DNA from: Chloroflexota bacterium
GTDB taxonomy: Bacteria > Chloroflexota > Dehalococcoidia > Lucifugimonadales > UBA3495
Assembly: GCA_027623675.1 (NCBI GenBank)
Contig: JAQBVF010000006.1
Span: 1 to 64,000, forward strand
Length of the DNA stretch: 64,000 nucleotides
Direction: 5' to 3'
Shown here: positions 1 to 8,914 of the stretch, piece by piece
How positions within the stretch are numbered: position 1 is the first letter of the stretch
How the letters are laid out: each line of letters begins with the position of its first letter
Translations under genes and position numbers: made by a program
Notes under the pieces: model-generated
The model's input: only the letters and a program-made list of their open reading frames with translations
Told to the model about the DNA's origin: nothing
Database searches by the model: none

Positions 1-719
1 GCTCACGACCGGCTCCCCTTCCGGCTCGGAATCCGGGATTATGTGGGCGGCATTCAAGAGTTCATCGTGACCCAAGCGGCAAAGTGTGCACTGATGACGA
101 TAGGCCCGCAACACCCGCTCTCGAAAGGCGCTCTGGTGGAGGCGGTGTCTGGCCACACTGGTCACGTACCCGCGGCGCGCCTCCGTCCCTTCTTCTGCGA
201 TGGCCCACTGTAGGTCGCTTGGCGTTGCGGCGTGGGCAGCATCATCCACTGCAACGGAAAAGGCGAGAAGCTCGGGATGGTCTCGCTCCAGGAAGACGGG
301 CCATGTCGCTTCGTACTTGCCGGGAACGAGACCGTGGAAGTAGACCAAGGGAAGCCGCTCCTCCATGGCGAACCGCAGTCCCCGGTTGTCGCGGTGCTCC
401 GGGTCCGTGCCGCGGTATCGATACCGAAGCCGGCCCCGAAGGCGTCGTCATACGGGCCGTTCGGAGAGGTGGTGATGGACAAGGGAACTTCCATCAAGGC
501 CGGCTTGAAGATTCCTTGGGGACCGAGGAGAGGCACGCGTTGTCCCTGGAACTCGAACCCTTGGGCGAGGATGGAACGGGGTAGGGAGCCGCTGCCGTGG
601 ATCGCGACTTGCTCGGACAGCCAATCGAAGGCCGCCACCCTCAGCCGAGCGTCCTGTACCCGCTCAAACAATACCTTCTCCAACCCCTGGTCTGGTTCCG
701 ACCGTGAGTCATGGTCCAA
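1..719 (-). pseudogene. HNH endonuclease (putative restriction nuclease), frameshifted near 430; runs off the window start
   Basis: N-terminus RVAAFDWL..QGIFKP..LSITTSPNGPYDD is in one frame. It continues in another frame as LRYRYRGTDPEHRDNRGLRFAM..RLHQSAFRERVLRAYRHQCTLCRL..LNAAHIIPD, a typical HNH_2 motif. An alternative TTG start at 671 has a GGAG RBS. Confidence 0.8.
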
Positions 720-934
720 CGAAGAACGTCTCCGCAGGCCCGGACCTCACTGTTCGGCGTGTTCGGAAAGGAAAGCCGAAAAAGCTCTGCTCTGGATGTG
801 AACAGTTGGACGCAGTATACACCGGTATGTGGGACCAACTGATCCATGCCGGATACTCCATCGATGGCGATCCCAGTTGCAGCCGCGGTGGTGCATATGG
901 GCCGATTCCCGCTTTCCTGGAGGGAGCATCTAAA

Positions 935-1127
935 TGGGGAAGACCCGGTCCCCAACGGTCCGGTCCGTACGCTGCGCGGTTCACCCCCACACGCGTGGGG
1001 AAGACGGACGGGGCTGGGTCAGGCTCGTCCTTGCCGTCGGTTCACCCCCACACGCGTGGGGAAGACTGTAGCGTGTGCGATGCCCCCACAAAAAAGACCG
1101 GTTCACCCCCACACGCGTGGGGAAGAC
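935..1127 (-). CRISPR. Type I-E-like CRISPR array remnant: 29-bp repeat (transcribed GTCTTCCCCACGCGTGTGGGGGTGAACCG), three 32-bp spacers
   Basis: Identical repeats at 977-1005, 1038-1066 and 1099-1127, plus a truncated repeat TGGGGAAGAC at 935-944. Unique 32-bp spacers at 945-976, 1006-1037 and 1067-1098. The CCCCAC/GTGGGG palindrome and AACCG end match E. coli-type I-E repeats. Confidence 0.93.
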
Positions 1128-1131
1128 TTAA

Positions 1132-2872
1132 CCGGGATTTCCCAAATCAAACTGACTTTCCTGGCTATAGCTCCCTCTGGGATACCGCCAACTGTAATTC
1201 CGCATCCCAAGGATGTCAAATGCGGCCTGATTCACTCAAATTCCCCGCTTTCGTGGTGTAACCACTGCACTGCCAAGCTTAAATTCCCCAAATTGCTGGT
1301 CTACGCCCAAGTCTCTCCCTTGGGAAGCCCCTTTGCCCGGGACAATCCCCAAACCGTCACCAATCCCGACGCTCTAAAACAGACTAGCCAGGTGCTGGCC
1401 GCAGGCGACTGATCCGTTCCAGTATCCCGCCCAGCATTTCCCGGCTCACCAGCACTTCAGCTAGCTGGAATACCAACCTTCTGGCATGGCGTATCAACCG
1501 TCCTCCGGTTTTGATCATCCGGGTCTGCAGACTGGTCAGCGACCAGTGTTTCATCGACTCCGGCAAGGCCAGCCTGCGCATGAAGTTCCCCAAGTTGTAA
1601 GCCAGGATGAACAGCCCCAGCCTTACCTGGTTGGCTACGAACTTGTGACAGGACAACCGGGTCCAGTTCAGGGCGTATTTTCCCTCTTTTATCCATTGCT
1701 CCGCCGTGCCGCGACCGTTGTAGAAATGGACTATCCCTTTGGGAGGGTAGCTCAGGTTGGTGACGATGAAGCCCACCCTGGGAAACAGTTCTCCCTGGTG
1801 CCACTCCACTTTGGCCACCACTCTTCGGGATACATCCCAGCTCTGGGCCTGATAGACGAAGTCATGATAAGAGACGATGGTTTTTCGGGATGGCCACTCC
1901 GTAGGCCGTACCATCAGGTGCGTTATCTCCCGCTGCAACACCTGGTTGGACCGCAGCCTGATGGCATAGTCGATACTTCTCGCTTCCAGATACTCGTATA
2001 GCTCGGGCTTGGCAAAGGCGGCGTCACCTCGGAACAGCAGCCTGACTGCTGCTATCAGGTAACGCTCCACCACCGGATCGAGGACTTCTTGCCAATCATC
2101 GGCACTGGGGACGTTGCCGGCTCGTAGCTTCGCTGCTTCGCAATCCCCGAACTGGTTGAAGAGAAAGAGAGGGTGATAGCAGACACACTCGAAGTGGCCG
2201 TTGTAGGTTGCTCCTTCCTGCTGGCCGTGCACCGGACTCTCGGAACTGTCCATATCCAGGATTACTCGCCGGTGTTGCGTATGCGCCATGGCACCCTCCA
2301 CCCACCGGGAATTCATCTGAGCCAGCCCCTTCAAGTTGTTCTCCTCGGTCAAGGTCTCCGTCTCAAATCGGCCCATCTCGCTGGTGCTGGCAGCCTTGCG
2401 TTCCGAGCCCAGCCAGCCCACGATCACTCGCATGGCTGGATCTTGGGAAAGGTGCCCTGCGTCATTGGTGTCTTCGTAGCCGGCCAGCCTACTGAAGATA
2501 GACTGGCGCAGCAGAGGAATCAGGTGGTGTCGGATGTTACGGCCAGTGCGGCTTTCCTGGAGGTAGTCCTCAGCGATTTCGGTAAGGCCCAAGGCATCAT
2601 CAAACTCTCGGAAGGCCAGCAGTCCAGCGTCGGAGGTGATGGTTGAGCCGTGGAATTCCAGGCGGACTTTGGGGTTGAATTGGAGCCGGAGGGGAGCTTG
2701 TTCGCTGTCACCCATTGGGTGCCTCCATGATGCTTACGCTATATTACTGAAAAGTGACTTACTATGGAGTAATTATAGCTGTGAGAACGGCAAATGACAC
2801 TTGATTAGGCGGTAGATCAAAACAGTTAGACGAATTACAGAACAGAGTTTTTAGCCATATGGGAAATGTGGG
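1132..2872 (-). mobile_element. IS1380-family insertion sequence (~1741 bp)
   Basis: Imperfect terminal inverted repeats CCGGGATTTCCCAAAT (1132) and revcomp CCCACATTTCCCATAT (2872), 12/16 identical, enclose one transposase. The flanks CTTAA and ATTAA are not an exact duplication. Confidence 0.8.
1384..2715 (-). CDS. IS1380-family DDE transposase
   Basis: 443 aa. ITSDAGLL, RLAGYEDTND, LDMDSS, CYHPL, RGDAAF and YNGRGTAEQWIKEGK motifs. Confidence 0.95.
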   Translation of the reverse strand: MGDSEQAPLRLQFNPKVRLEFHGSTITSDAGLLAFREFDDALGLTEIAEDYLQESRTGRNIRHHLIPLLRQSIFSRLAGYEDTNDAGHLSQDPAMRVIVGWLGSERKAASTSEMGRFETETLTEENNLKGLAQMNSRWVEGAMAHTQHRRVILDMDSSESPVHGQQEGATYNGHFECVCYHPLFLFNQFGDCEAAKLRAGNVPSADDWQEVLDPVVERYLIAAVRLLFRGDAAFAKPELYEYLEARSIDYAIRLRSNQVLQREITHLMVRPTEWPSRKTIVSYHDFVYQAQSWDVSRRVVAKVEWHQGELFPRVGFIVTNLSYPPKGIVHFYNGRGTAEQWIKEGKYALNWTRLSCHKFVANQVRLGLFILAYNLGNFMRRLALPESMKHWSLTSLQTRMIKTGGRLIRHARRLVFQLAEVLVSREMLGGILERISRLRPAPG

Positions 2873-3470
2873 ATTAAAGGAAGTTCTTTGGAATCTCCGA
2901 AATAGGGCACGTCGATGATTTGGTCTAGTTGTTCTTGTTTTTTCCTTCGTGCGTAATACTCATCACTCCAATCCGGCGGATTAAGCACTGCATCCGAGAA
3001 TCTGACTTTTTCGCGTTCCTCATTATCGAACACCAATAATGTATGCCCTTTAGTCCCTTTCTCGGGCTGAGAATATTTTTGGATTGCCAACGTAAGATGA
3101 AAGCCGAGTAAACGCCATGGAGTATTGATTTCCGATTGCAGTTCGCCCTTGTCACGAGCATCCAAATAGGAAGATTTCAGGACTGAGGTATAAACAAGAC
3201 GATGCTTCCTATCAACTAGCCAATCTAATACCGCAGTCATGACACTTGCACGGGTTGGCCCATCTAGGTCTCTCCACACACCATTACCGCTATAAAATCG
3301 GCTGTATGTAGTTCAACAATTGGCCGTTTGGTCAACTCGTTCAAGATTTCCAAGAGTTCAAGCCAGTGCTTTTTGGTCAAATGCATTCTTTGGCTATCTA
3401 CAACAATACCGACCATAGTGGCAATCGGTTCTTCCCCGGTTCCACTTTCATCTGAATAGCAGAAATTCAT
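2873..3470 (-). pseudogene. DUF3800-like (RNase H-fold) protein, frameshifted in a T-run near 3295 and truncated by the IS
   Basis: Starts MNFCYSDESG, then ..ELHTADF|YSGNGVWR.., which needs one extra T. Ends DSKELPLI at the IS end, just before the expected QxAD motif. Low GC. Confidence 0.72.
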
Positions 3471-3587
3471 ACCATCCTCTTCCAAGGAGCGGTTATTGCT
3501 ATCCATTGTGATATATCCCCTTTCCTGAGGCAAGTATATTCTTGCCTTTGGTAAGGGGGCTAGGGTAATCTCCCCCGCCCGACAAAC

Positions 3588-3616
3588 AAAAAAGCCCCCG
3601 AGTCTTCGAAGGCTTT
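3588..3616 (-). terminator. Intrinsic terminator-like hairpin
   Basis: AAAGCC..GGCTTT stem with a U-run on the minus strand, downstream of the 3641-3823 gene. Confidence 0.5.
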
Positions 3617-3640
3617 CGCTAGATCTGTGGTGAATAACGC

Positions 3641-3823
3641 CTATGCCGGCGGCAGGATGATCGGCAGGGGCTCGATGTCATTCAGGCCGGGCGGGTTGAT
3701 GGCGTCCAACGATTCCAATAGGGCGTTCAGGCTGTACATGACCTCGGTCAGTTCCGGGTCGTTGATCTCGAGACCCACCGCCTTGCCCATGGCGCGGATA
3801 TCATCTTTGTTCAGGTCGGCCAT
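3641..3823 (-). CDS. Small GatC/AtzG-like amidase partner protein
   Basis: 60 aa, L..DDIRAMGKAVGLEI..EL....EP pattern like GatC/AtzG. Lies near an amidase. Confidence 0.6.
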   Translation of the reverse strand: MADLNKDDIRAMGKAVGLEINDPELTEVMYSLNALLESLDAINPPGLNDIEPLPIILPPA

Positions 3824-4027
3824 CGGTAAACTCCCTGGGTAGAGTCCCTGTAAACGCCCGCCGGGTCTAAGTCAGCACATACTCCCGCAAAAAGTCCATC
3901 GCGTCAAGATGGCCGGCAACATCCATCCTTAATGTCCCGCCGCCCGTCTTGAGCCTGCAAACTCTGTCGGCTATACTGGCCCGAACCCCAGCCCCCGTCA
4001 ACCGGGGACGAGAGAGATATTAAGCCG

Positions 4028-4345
4028 ATGGCCGCATATAACACGATCAATGTCGATCTGGGACTGGAGTCCGATTTCAAGAAACTGCCCGCCGAGGTCA
4101 AGGTGGGCGACTGGTCCTACTTTCTGGCGCGGAACAAGAAAGGCGTCTATCAGTTGCTGTCCAACGTCTGCCCGCACCAGGCCGAGGAAGTGGTGGACTG
4201 GACCGGCGTGTTCATGTGTCCGGCCCACGGCTGGCGCTTCGAATACACCGAGGGTGTGTGCGTTAACGGGCCCAACGCCAAGCTGGTCGGGTTTCCGGTG
4301 AGCGTGGAGGCCGGCCGCCTGGTGGCGGAACTGCCGGACGACTGA
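4028..4345 (+). CDS. Rieske [2Fe-2S] ferredoxin
   Basis: CPH...CPAHGWRF Rieske motifs. Confidence 0.9.
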   Translation: MAAYNTINVDLGLESDFKKLPAEVKVGDWSYFLARNKKGVYQLLSNVCPHQAEEVVDWTGVFMCPAHGWRFEYTEGVCVNGPNAKLVGFPVSVEAGRLVAELPDD

Positions 4346-4411
4346 CCAGCCTCGCCCCGGGCATTCGCACCTGATTTAGACCGTGGGAACACGCCTGGTT
4401 GAGGAGCGACC

Positions 4412-5827
4412 ATGGACAAGAAAGAGCTGCCCTTTCTGACCGCATCCCATCTCTCCAAGCTCATCGAAACCAAAGAGGTCTCGCCCGTCGAGGCCACCGA
4501 ATCCTACCTAGAACGCATCACCGAAGTCGATCCAAAGCTGAACGCCTACATCACCGTGACCGGCGAACAGGCGTTGGCGGCGGCCAAACAGGCGGAGCAG
4601 AAGATCGCTCAGGGCAACCACCGGGGGCCGCTGCACGGCGTGCCGGTGGCGGTGAAAGACCAGTTCAACACCGCGGGCATCCGCACCACGGGCGGCTCCA
4701 GCATCCTTAGGGACAACATCCCCCGAGAAGACGCCACGGTCATCGCCAAACTCAAGAGGGCGGGCGCGGTCCTGCTGGGAAAGCTCAACATGAGCGAGTT
4801 CGCCATGGCCGAGATCTTTGACCATCCCTACGGCACGCCCCGGAACCCTTGGGACCTGACTCGAAATCCCGGCACATCCAGCAGCGGCTCCGGCGCGGCC
4901 ACCGCCGGGTTCCTCTGCGCCACCTCTCTGGGCGAAGACACCGGCGGCTCGATCAGAGGCCCGGCCAACTTCTGCGGCCTGGTTGGACTGCGCCCCACCC
5001 ACGGCCGGGTCAGCCGCCACGGGGTGTTGGGCGGGTCGTGGTCCATGGACACCGTCGGACCCATCTCCCGCTCCGTGGAAGACGCAGCCATCACCATCCA
5101 GGCCATCGCCGGACACGACCCCAAGGATGCCTACAGCCGAGATTTGCCGGTGCCCGACTACCGCCAAGCCCTGAACGGCGATATCAAGGGAATCAAGGTC
5201 GGGGTGATCAACGAGCGCATGGACTCGCCAAACCTGGACCCGGAGTTTCGCGAGACGGTCGCCAAGGCCATCGGCGTGTTAGGCGAGCTGGGCGCTGAGG
5301 CCAAGGACGTGTCCATCCCGCTGGCCCCCAACGCCGGCGCCCTAACCATGAGCATCTTGAGCGTGGAATGGTCTCAGCTCCACCGCCCGTTGTTCGAGGC
5401 GAATATCGAGAAACTGGACCACAACAACCGCATCCGCTTCCTGACCGGCAGCATCATCCCCGCCCAGGCTTACTACAAGGCGCAGAAGGCCCGGGTTGTG
5501 CTCCGGCAGCAGATATTGGACGCTCTGGAAAAGGTGGATGTGCTGGTCCTTCCCATGGGTCCGGTCACCGCTCCACCGGTGGAGAGTGTGCCGGGAATCC
5601 AAAGCAAGGAGCACGCGCTGAACGGACTGGCAGGGCGAATCAGCTACAGCGGACCGTTCAACCTGGCCGGCACTCCCGCCCTGTCGGTGCCCTGCGGGTT
5701 CAGCGCCGCCGGGATGCCCATGGGACTGCAGATAGTGGGCCGTCCCTTCGCCGAGGAGACCATCCTGAAGGTGGCCCACGCCTACGAGCAGAACACCGGC
5801 TGGCACAACCGCCGCGCGCCGGTCTAG
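4412..5827 (+). CDS. Amidase signature family protein (GatA-like paralogue)
   Basis: GPLHGVPVAVKD, PGTSSSGSGAA, GEDTGGSIRGPA. Confidence 0.93.
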   Translation: MDKKELPFLTASHLSKLIETKEVSPVEATESYLERITEVDPKLNAYITVTGEQALAAAKQAEQKIAQGNHRGPLHGVPVAVKDQFNTAGIRTTGGSSILRDNIPREDATVIAKLKRAGAVLLGKLNMSEFAMAEIFDHPYGTPRNPWDLTRNPGTSSSGSGAATAGFLCATSLGEDTGGSIRGPANFCGLVGLRPTHGRVSRHGVLGGSWSMDTVGPISRSVEDAAITIQAIAGHDPKDAYSRDLPVPDYRQALNGDIKGIKVGVINERMDSPNLDPEFRETVAKAIGVLGELGAEAKDVSIPLAPNAGALTMSILSVEWSQLHRPLFEANIEKLDHNNRIRFLTGSIIPAQAYYKAQKARVVLRQQILDALEKVDVLVLPMGPVTAPPVESVPGIQSKEHALNGLAGRISYSGPFNLAGTPALSVPCGFSAAGMPMGLQIVGRPFAEETILKVAHAYEQNTGWHNRRAPV

Positions 5828-5940
5828 CCTTAAGCTATCAGCCTTTCCCTTTCGGAAGCGCCGCGCCAGCCCGTATCGGAAATTTCAGCAACGGGCATCA
5901 CAGTCATTCGCTGACCGCTAAGTTCGAGAGGACAACACAC

Positions 5941-6567
5941 ATGGACGACATCACCGTGTTTGACGCCATCTACAGCCAACGGCAGTTCACCCGTTACAAG
6001 CCGGACCCGGTGCCCCGGGAGGCCATCGACAAGATTATAGATGCGGCGACCAAAGCGCCCAGCGGCGGCAACCGGCAGCCCTGGCACTTCATCGCCATCA
6101 CCGACCGTGAGTTGATCGAGAAGATTGGCGGACTCTACCGCGACCTTTGGCTGGGGGCCATGGGGGCCACGCCGCCGCCCGGCGAATCTCCGGCGTATAC
6201 CTCGGCCCGGTACCTGGCCAACCACATGCCCGAGGTCCCGGCCATGATATTGGTCTGCGCCGACCATACCATGGGGTCGGTGCCCTACACCAAGGGAGAA
6301 CCCATCGAGCGGGGGCGCTATGCGTCGTCGGTGTGGCTGGCGGTCCAGAACCTGTTCCTGGCCGCCCGCGCCCTGGGGCTGGGCACGCGCATCACCACCA
6401 CTCACCTGCGCCAGGAAGAAAAGGTCAAGGAGTGGCTGGGCATACCAGACCACGTGGAAACGCTCTGCCTAACTCCGCTGGGCTACCCCAGAGGCCGCTT
6501 CGGCCCCACCGACCGCATCCCGTCCGCCGAGGTCTCGTCCTACAACCGCTTCGGGCAGAGAAGCTGA
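5941..6567 (+). CDS. Nitroreductase family protein
   Basis: APSGGNRQPWHF and AVQNLFLAARALGLG. GAGAGG RBS before the ATG at 5941. Confidence 0.9.
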   Translation: MDDITVFDAIYSQRQFTRYKPDPVPREAIDKIIDAATKAPSGGNRQPWHFIAITDRELIEKIGGLYRDLWLGAMGATPPPGESPAYTSARYLANHMPEVPAMILVCADHTMGSVPYTKGEPIERGRYASSVWLAVQNLFLAARALGLGTRITTTHLRQEEKVKEWLGIPDHVETLCLTPLGYPRGRFGPTDRIPSAEVSSYNRFGQRS

Positions 6568-6619
6568 TAGCCGTTGCCCGTCCGCTAAAACCTCCAGGTC
6601 CCGCCGAACTCCGCCCTTG

Positions 6620-7015
6620 AGACCAACCGGCCGGCAGCACGGCCCGGCAAGCGAGGCAGGGCCCGCGGAGATCGGCCGCCACGCTCTGGTTCCACTCGGC
6701 AGGTTGAATCTCTAGAAGCGTCTTGCCCAGGACCATCATCCCGGCGTTGTTCACCAGCACGTCAACCTGGCCGTACAGGTCGATGGTCTGGCCGGCCATG
6801 GCCATAACCTGTTCTTCGTTGGAAACGTCGCAGCGCAGGCCCATGGCCTCCCCGCCGGCGGCCCGTATCTGGTGGGCGGTCTCGGCGGCGGTGCCGGGCA
6901 ATCCGGTGGGCGATGCGCGCCTGGCCGACACCACAACCTTGGCGCCTTCTGCGGCGAATTCCTTGGCGATGGCCCGGCCCAGACCCCGGCTGCCGCCGGT
7001 CACGATGGCGACCAT
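6620..7015 (-). pseudogene. Truncated short-chain dehydrogenase
   Basis: VAIVTGGSRGLG, CDVS and DVLVNNAG are present. Homology stops after CRAVLP and there is no YxxxK catalytic half. Confidence 0.75.
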
Positions 7016-7025
7016 GCCTTCCGTC

Positions 7026-7085
7026 TTGTTGCTACGCGGTTGGCTTTGTTGCTATGCTGTTGGCTTTATTGCTACGCTGTTGGTT
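7026..7085. repeat. 20-bp tandem repeat x3
   Basis: ttgttgctacgcggttggct / ttgttgctatgctgttggct / ttattgctacgctgttggtt. Confidence 0.85.
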
Positions 7086-7164
7086 CGGTTCTGGCGCGAT
7101 CTTTTGTCCAATTGGGCCGGTGGTTCCGGTCGGTCACGTTAGGCTATCTGTCCTGCTGGGCTTG

Positions 7165-7629
7165 TCAGGCGAACTGCGCCTGCGCCCAGCCTTTGTCGAA
7201 GGGCGTCCAGAAGTGGGAGCTGAGGGTTAGGTGTTGGAACATCCACCTGCCATCCACCCGCACGTATTCCTCGTCGTAACGGGCTGATCCCCAAACCGCC
7301 TGGTTGCCCTCGGCGTAGGTGCAGGGCTGGAACAGGTACCAGACGCCGGTGGCCCGGTCGCCGTCGACCTCGATGATGGGGTTCATCACCATGTGAATGG
7401 CGAAGGGCAGGCGGTTGGGCGCGTTCTGGAAGAACTTCCTGATGGCCTCCCGCCCTTCGTTCCGGCCCCGCTCCCTGCCGTCCCACACCGCATCCTCGGT
7501 GAAGAGCTCGGCCAGGGCGTCGGCGTCATAGTGGTCATCGCAGAGACCGCAGTAGCGGTGTTTCAATTTCTTGATCTCTTCGATGTCTTCGAGGACCTTT
7601 ATCCGTTGCTCCAAGTCTTCCATGGTCAT
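7165..7629 (-). CDS. SnoaL-like/NTF2 family protein (BaiE/LinA-like)
   Basis: LEDIEEIKKLKHRYC..LFTEDA..HMVMNPIIEVDGDRATG..YDEEYVRVDGRW. Confidence 0.88.
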   Translation of the reverse strand: MTMEDLEQRIKVLEDIEEIKKLKHRYCGLCDDHYDADALAELFTEDAVWDGRERGRNEGREAIRKFFQNAPNRLPFAIHMVMNPIIEVDGDRATGVWYLFQPCTYAEGNQAVWGSARYDEEYVRVDGRWMFQHLTLSSHFWTPFDKGWAQAQFA

Positions 7630-7800
7630 GGGAATCCCTCCAGGAGATCTCGCCAGTTCAAGATTGGTTAAAGCCGGACCAGATACACGTGAGCTCGCCC
7701 GTCGGATGTTGATATCCACGCAGTAGCCCATCATGGACTCGTGACTTTTGCTACACAGCCAGGCGGCAAAGTTGCCCTTTTCACCTCCCCATCGGTCAGG

Positions 7801-8577
7801 CTAGATCGCGGTCCAGCCGCCGTCCACCAGCAGCAGGTGACCGGTGGTGCCAGCCGACGACTTGCTGGCCAGGTAGATCACAGCGCCGACCATCTCCTCC
7901 GGGTCCATGCGGCGGCCCAAGGGGAGATGGGCGTCAAGGTCCGCCTGCACCTCTTCGTCGGTCCTGACGCTGGCGGCAAGCATGCCCGGAGTCTTGGTTG
8001 GGCCGGGGCCGATGGCGTTAACCGTCACCCCGTTGGGCGCCCACTCCACGGCCAAGACCTTGGTTATGCCGGCCACGCCGAACTTGCTGGCACAGTATGA
8101 CGACCGGCCACGGGAGGCGACCACCGAAAGCTGGGAGCCCAGGTTGATTATCCTGCCGTATCCCTGCTCTACCATGTGCCGTCCCGCCGCCTGCGCACAG
8201 AAGAAAACGCCCTTGAGATTGATGTCGATCGTTGCGTCCCAGTCCTCTTCAGTCACTTCCAAAGCCGGCTTTGGTATCCGTATCCCAGCGTTGTTTACCA
8301 GGATATCCAGACGCCCAAAGTCGCTTACAACCCGGTCAATGACCTTGGGGATGCTGGGAATATCCAACACGTCCAGTGCGTAGACGCCGCTCTTGGCGCC
8401 CTCTGCATCGACCTTGGCTTTGGTGTCTTCGGCCAGGTCGAGACGGTCTGGCCGGTCCGACACCGCCACGTTCGCGCCTGCCTGGGCCAGTCCCACCGCT
8501 AGCGCCGCGCCGATGCCCCGGCCGGAGCCGGTCACCAGGGCGGTCTGGCCCTTAAGATTCAGTCCCTCATAGGGCAT
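7801..8577 (-). CDS. SDR family oxidoreductase
   Basis: TGSGRGIG, NNAG, YCASK, VDGG. GGAGG RBS. Confidence 0.93.
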   Translation of the reverse strand: MPYEGLNLKGQTALVTGSGRGIGAALAVGLAQAGANVAVSDRPDRLDLAEDTKAKVDAEGAKSGVYALDVLDIPSIPKVIDRVVSDFGRLDILVNNAGIRIPKPALEVTEEDWDATIDINLKGVFFCAQAAGRHMVEQGYGRIINLGSQLSVVASRGRSSYCASKFGVAGITKVLAVEWAPNGVTVNAIGPGPTKTPGMLAASVRTDEEVQADLDAHLPLGRRMDPEEMVGAVIYLASKSSAGTTGHLLLVDGGWTAI

Positions 8578-8914
8578 ATCGGTTCCTCCAATAGATTGGG
8601 AAAAGATTATGGGGGTTCCACCAACTAGATGCGCACGTTTTCGGGTCCCCTGATGTGGGAGACCTGCTTGCCGGAACTTGGACGCGTCGAAGCTTTGATT
8701 CAGGCTCGCCGGTCCGGGATTTCGCGTAGCATAGCACACCGGTTCCGAGCCTGGACTCCCTTCTTCCCACGTGCGGACGGCAGCCCGGCGGCCAGACGCA
8801 AGCAACGGATTCCGGGCGCTATCCGTTGATATCCCGCTTGCGCGGCCTATCAGCAGACCTTAAAATCACCCGTGGCCTTGAGGATTCGAAGAAATTGGCC
8901 GGGCAAAGGATCGG

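Noticed and set aside
1132..1383. Apparent AT-rich CRISPR leader
   Set aside because: It lies inside the IS1380 terminal inverted repeat, so it is IS sequence.
704..1412. ORFs spanning the CRISPR array (RFTPTRVGKT repeats)
   Set aside because: These are translations of CRISPR repeats, not genes. No cas gene is present.
4412..5827. gatA assignment
   Set aside because: No gatB, no gatCAB order and a deviant signature. More likely a catabolic paralogue.
8580..8900. Possible riboswitch between the SDR and MFS genes
   Set aside because: No recognisable aptamer consensus or terminator.
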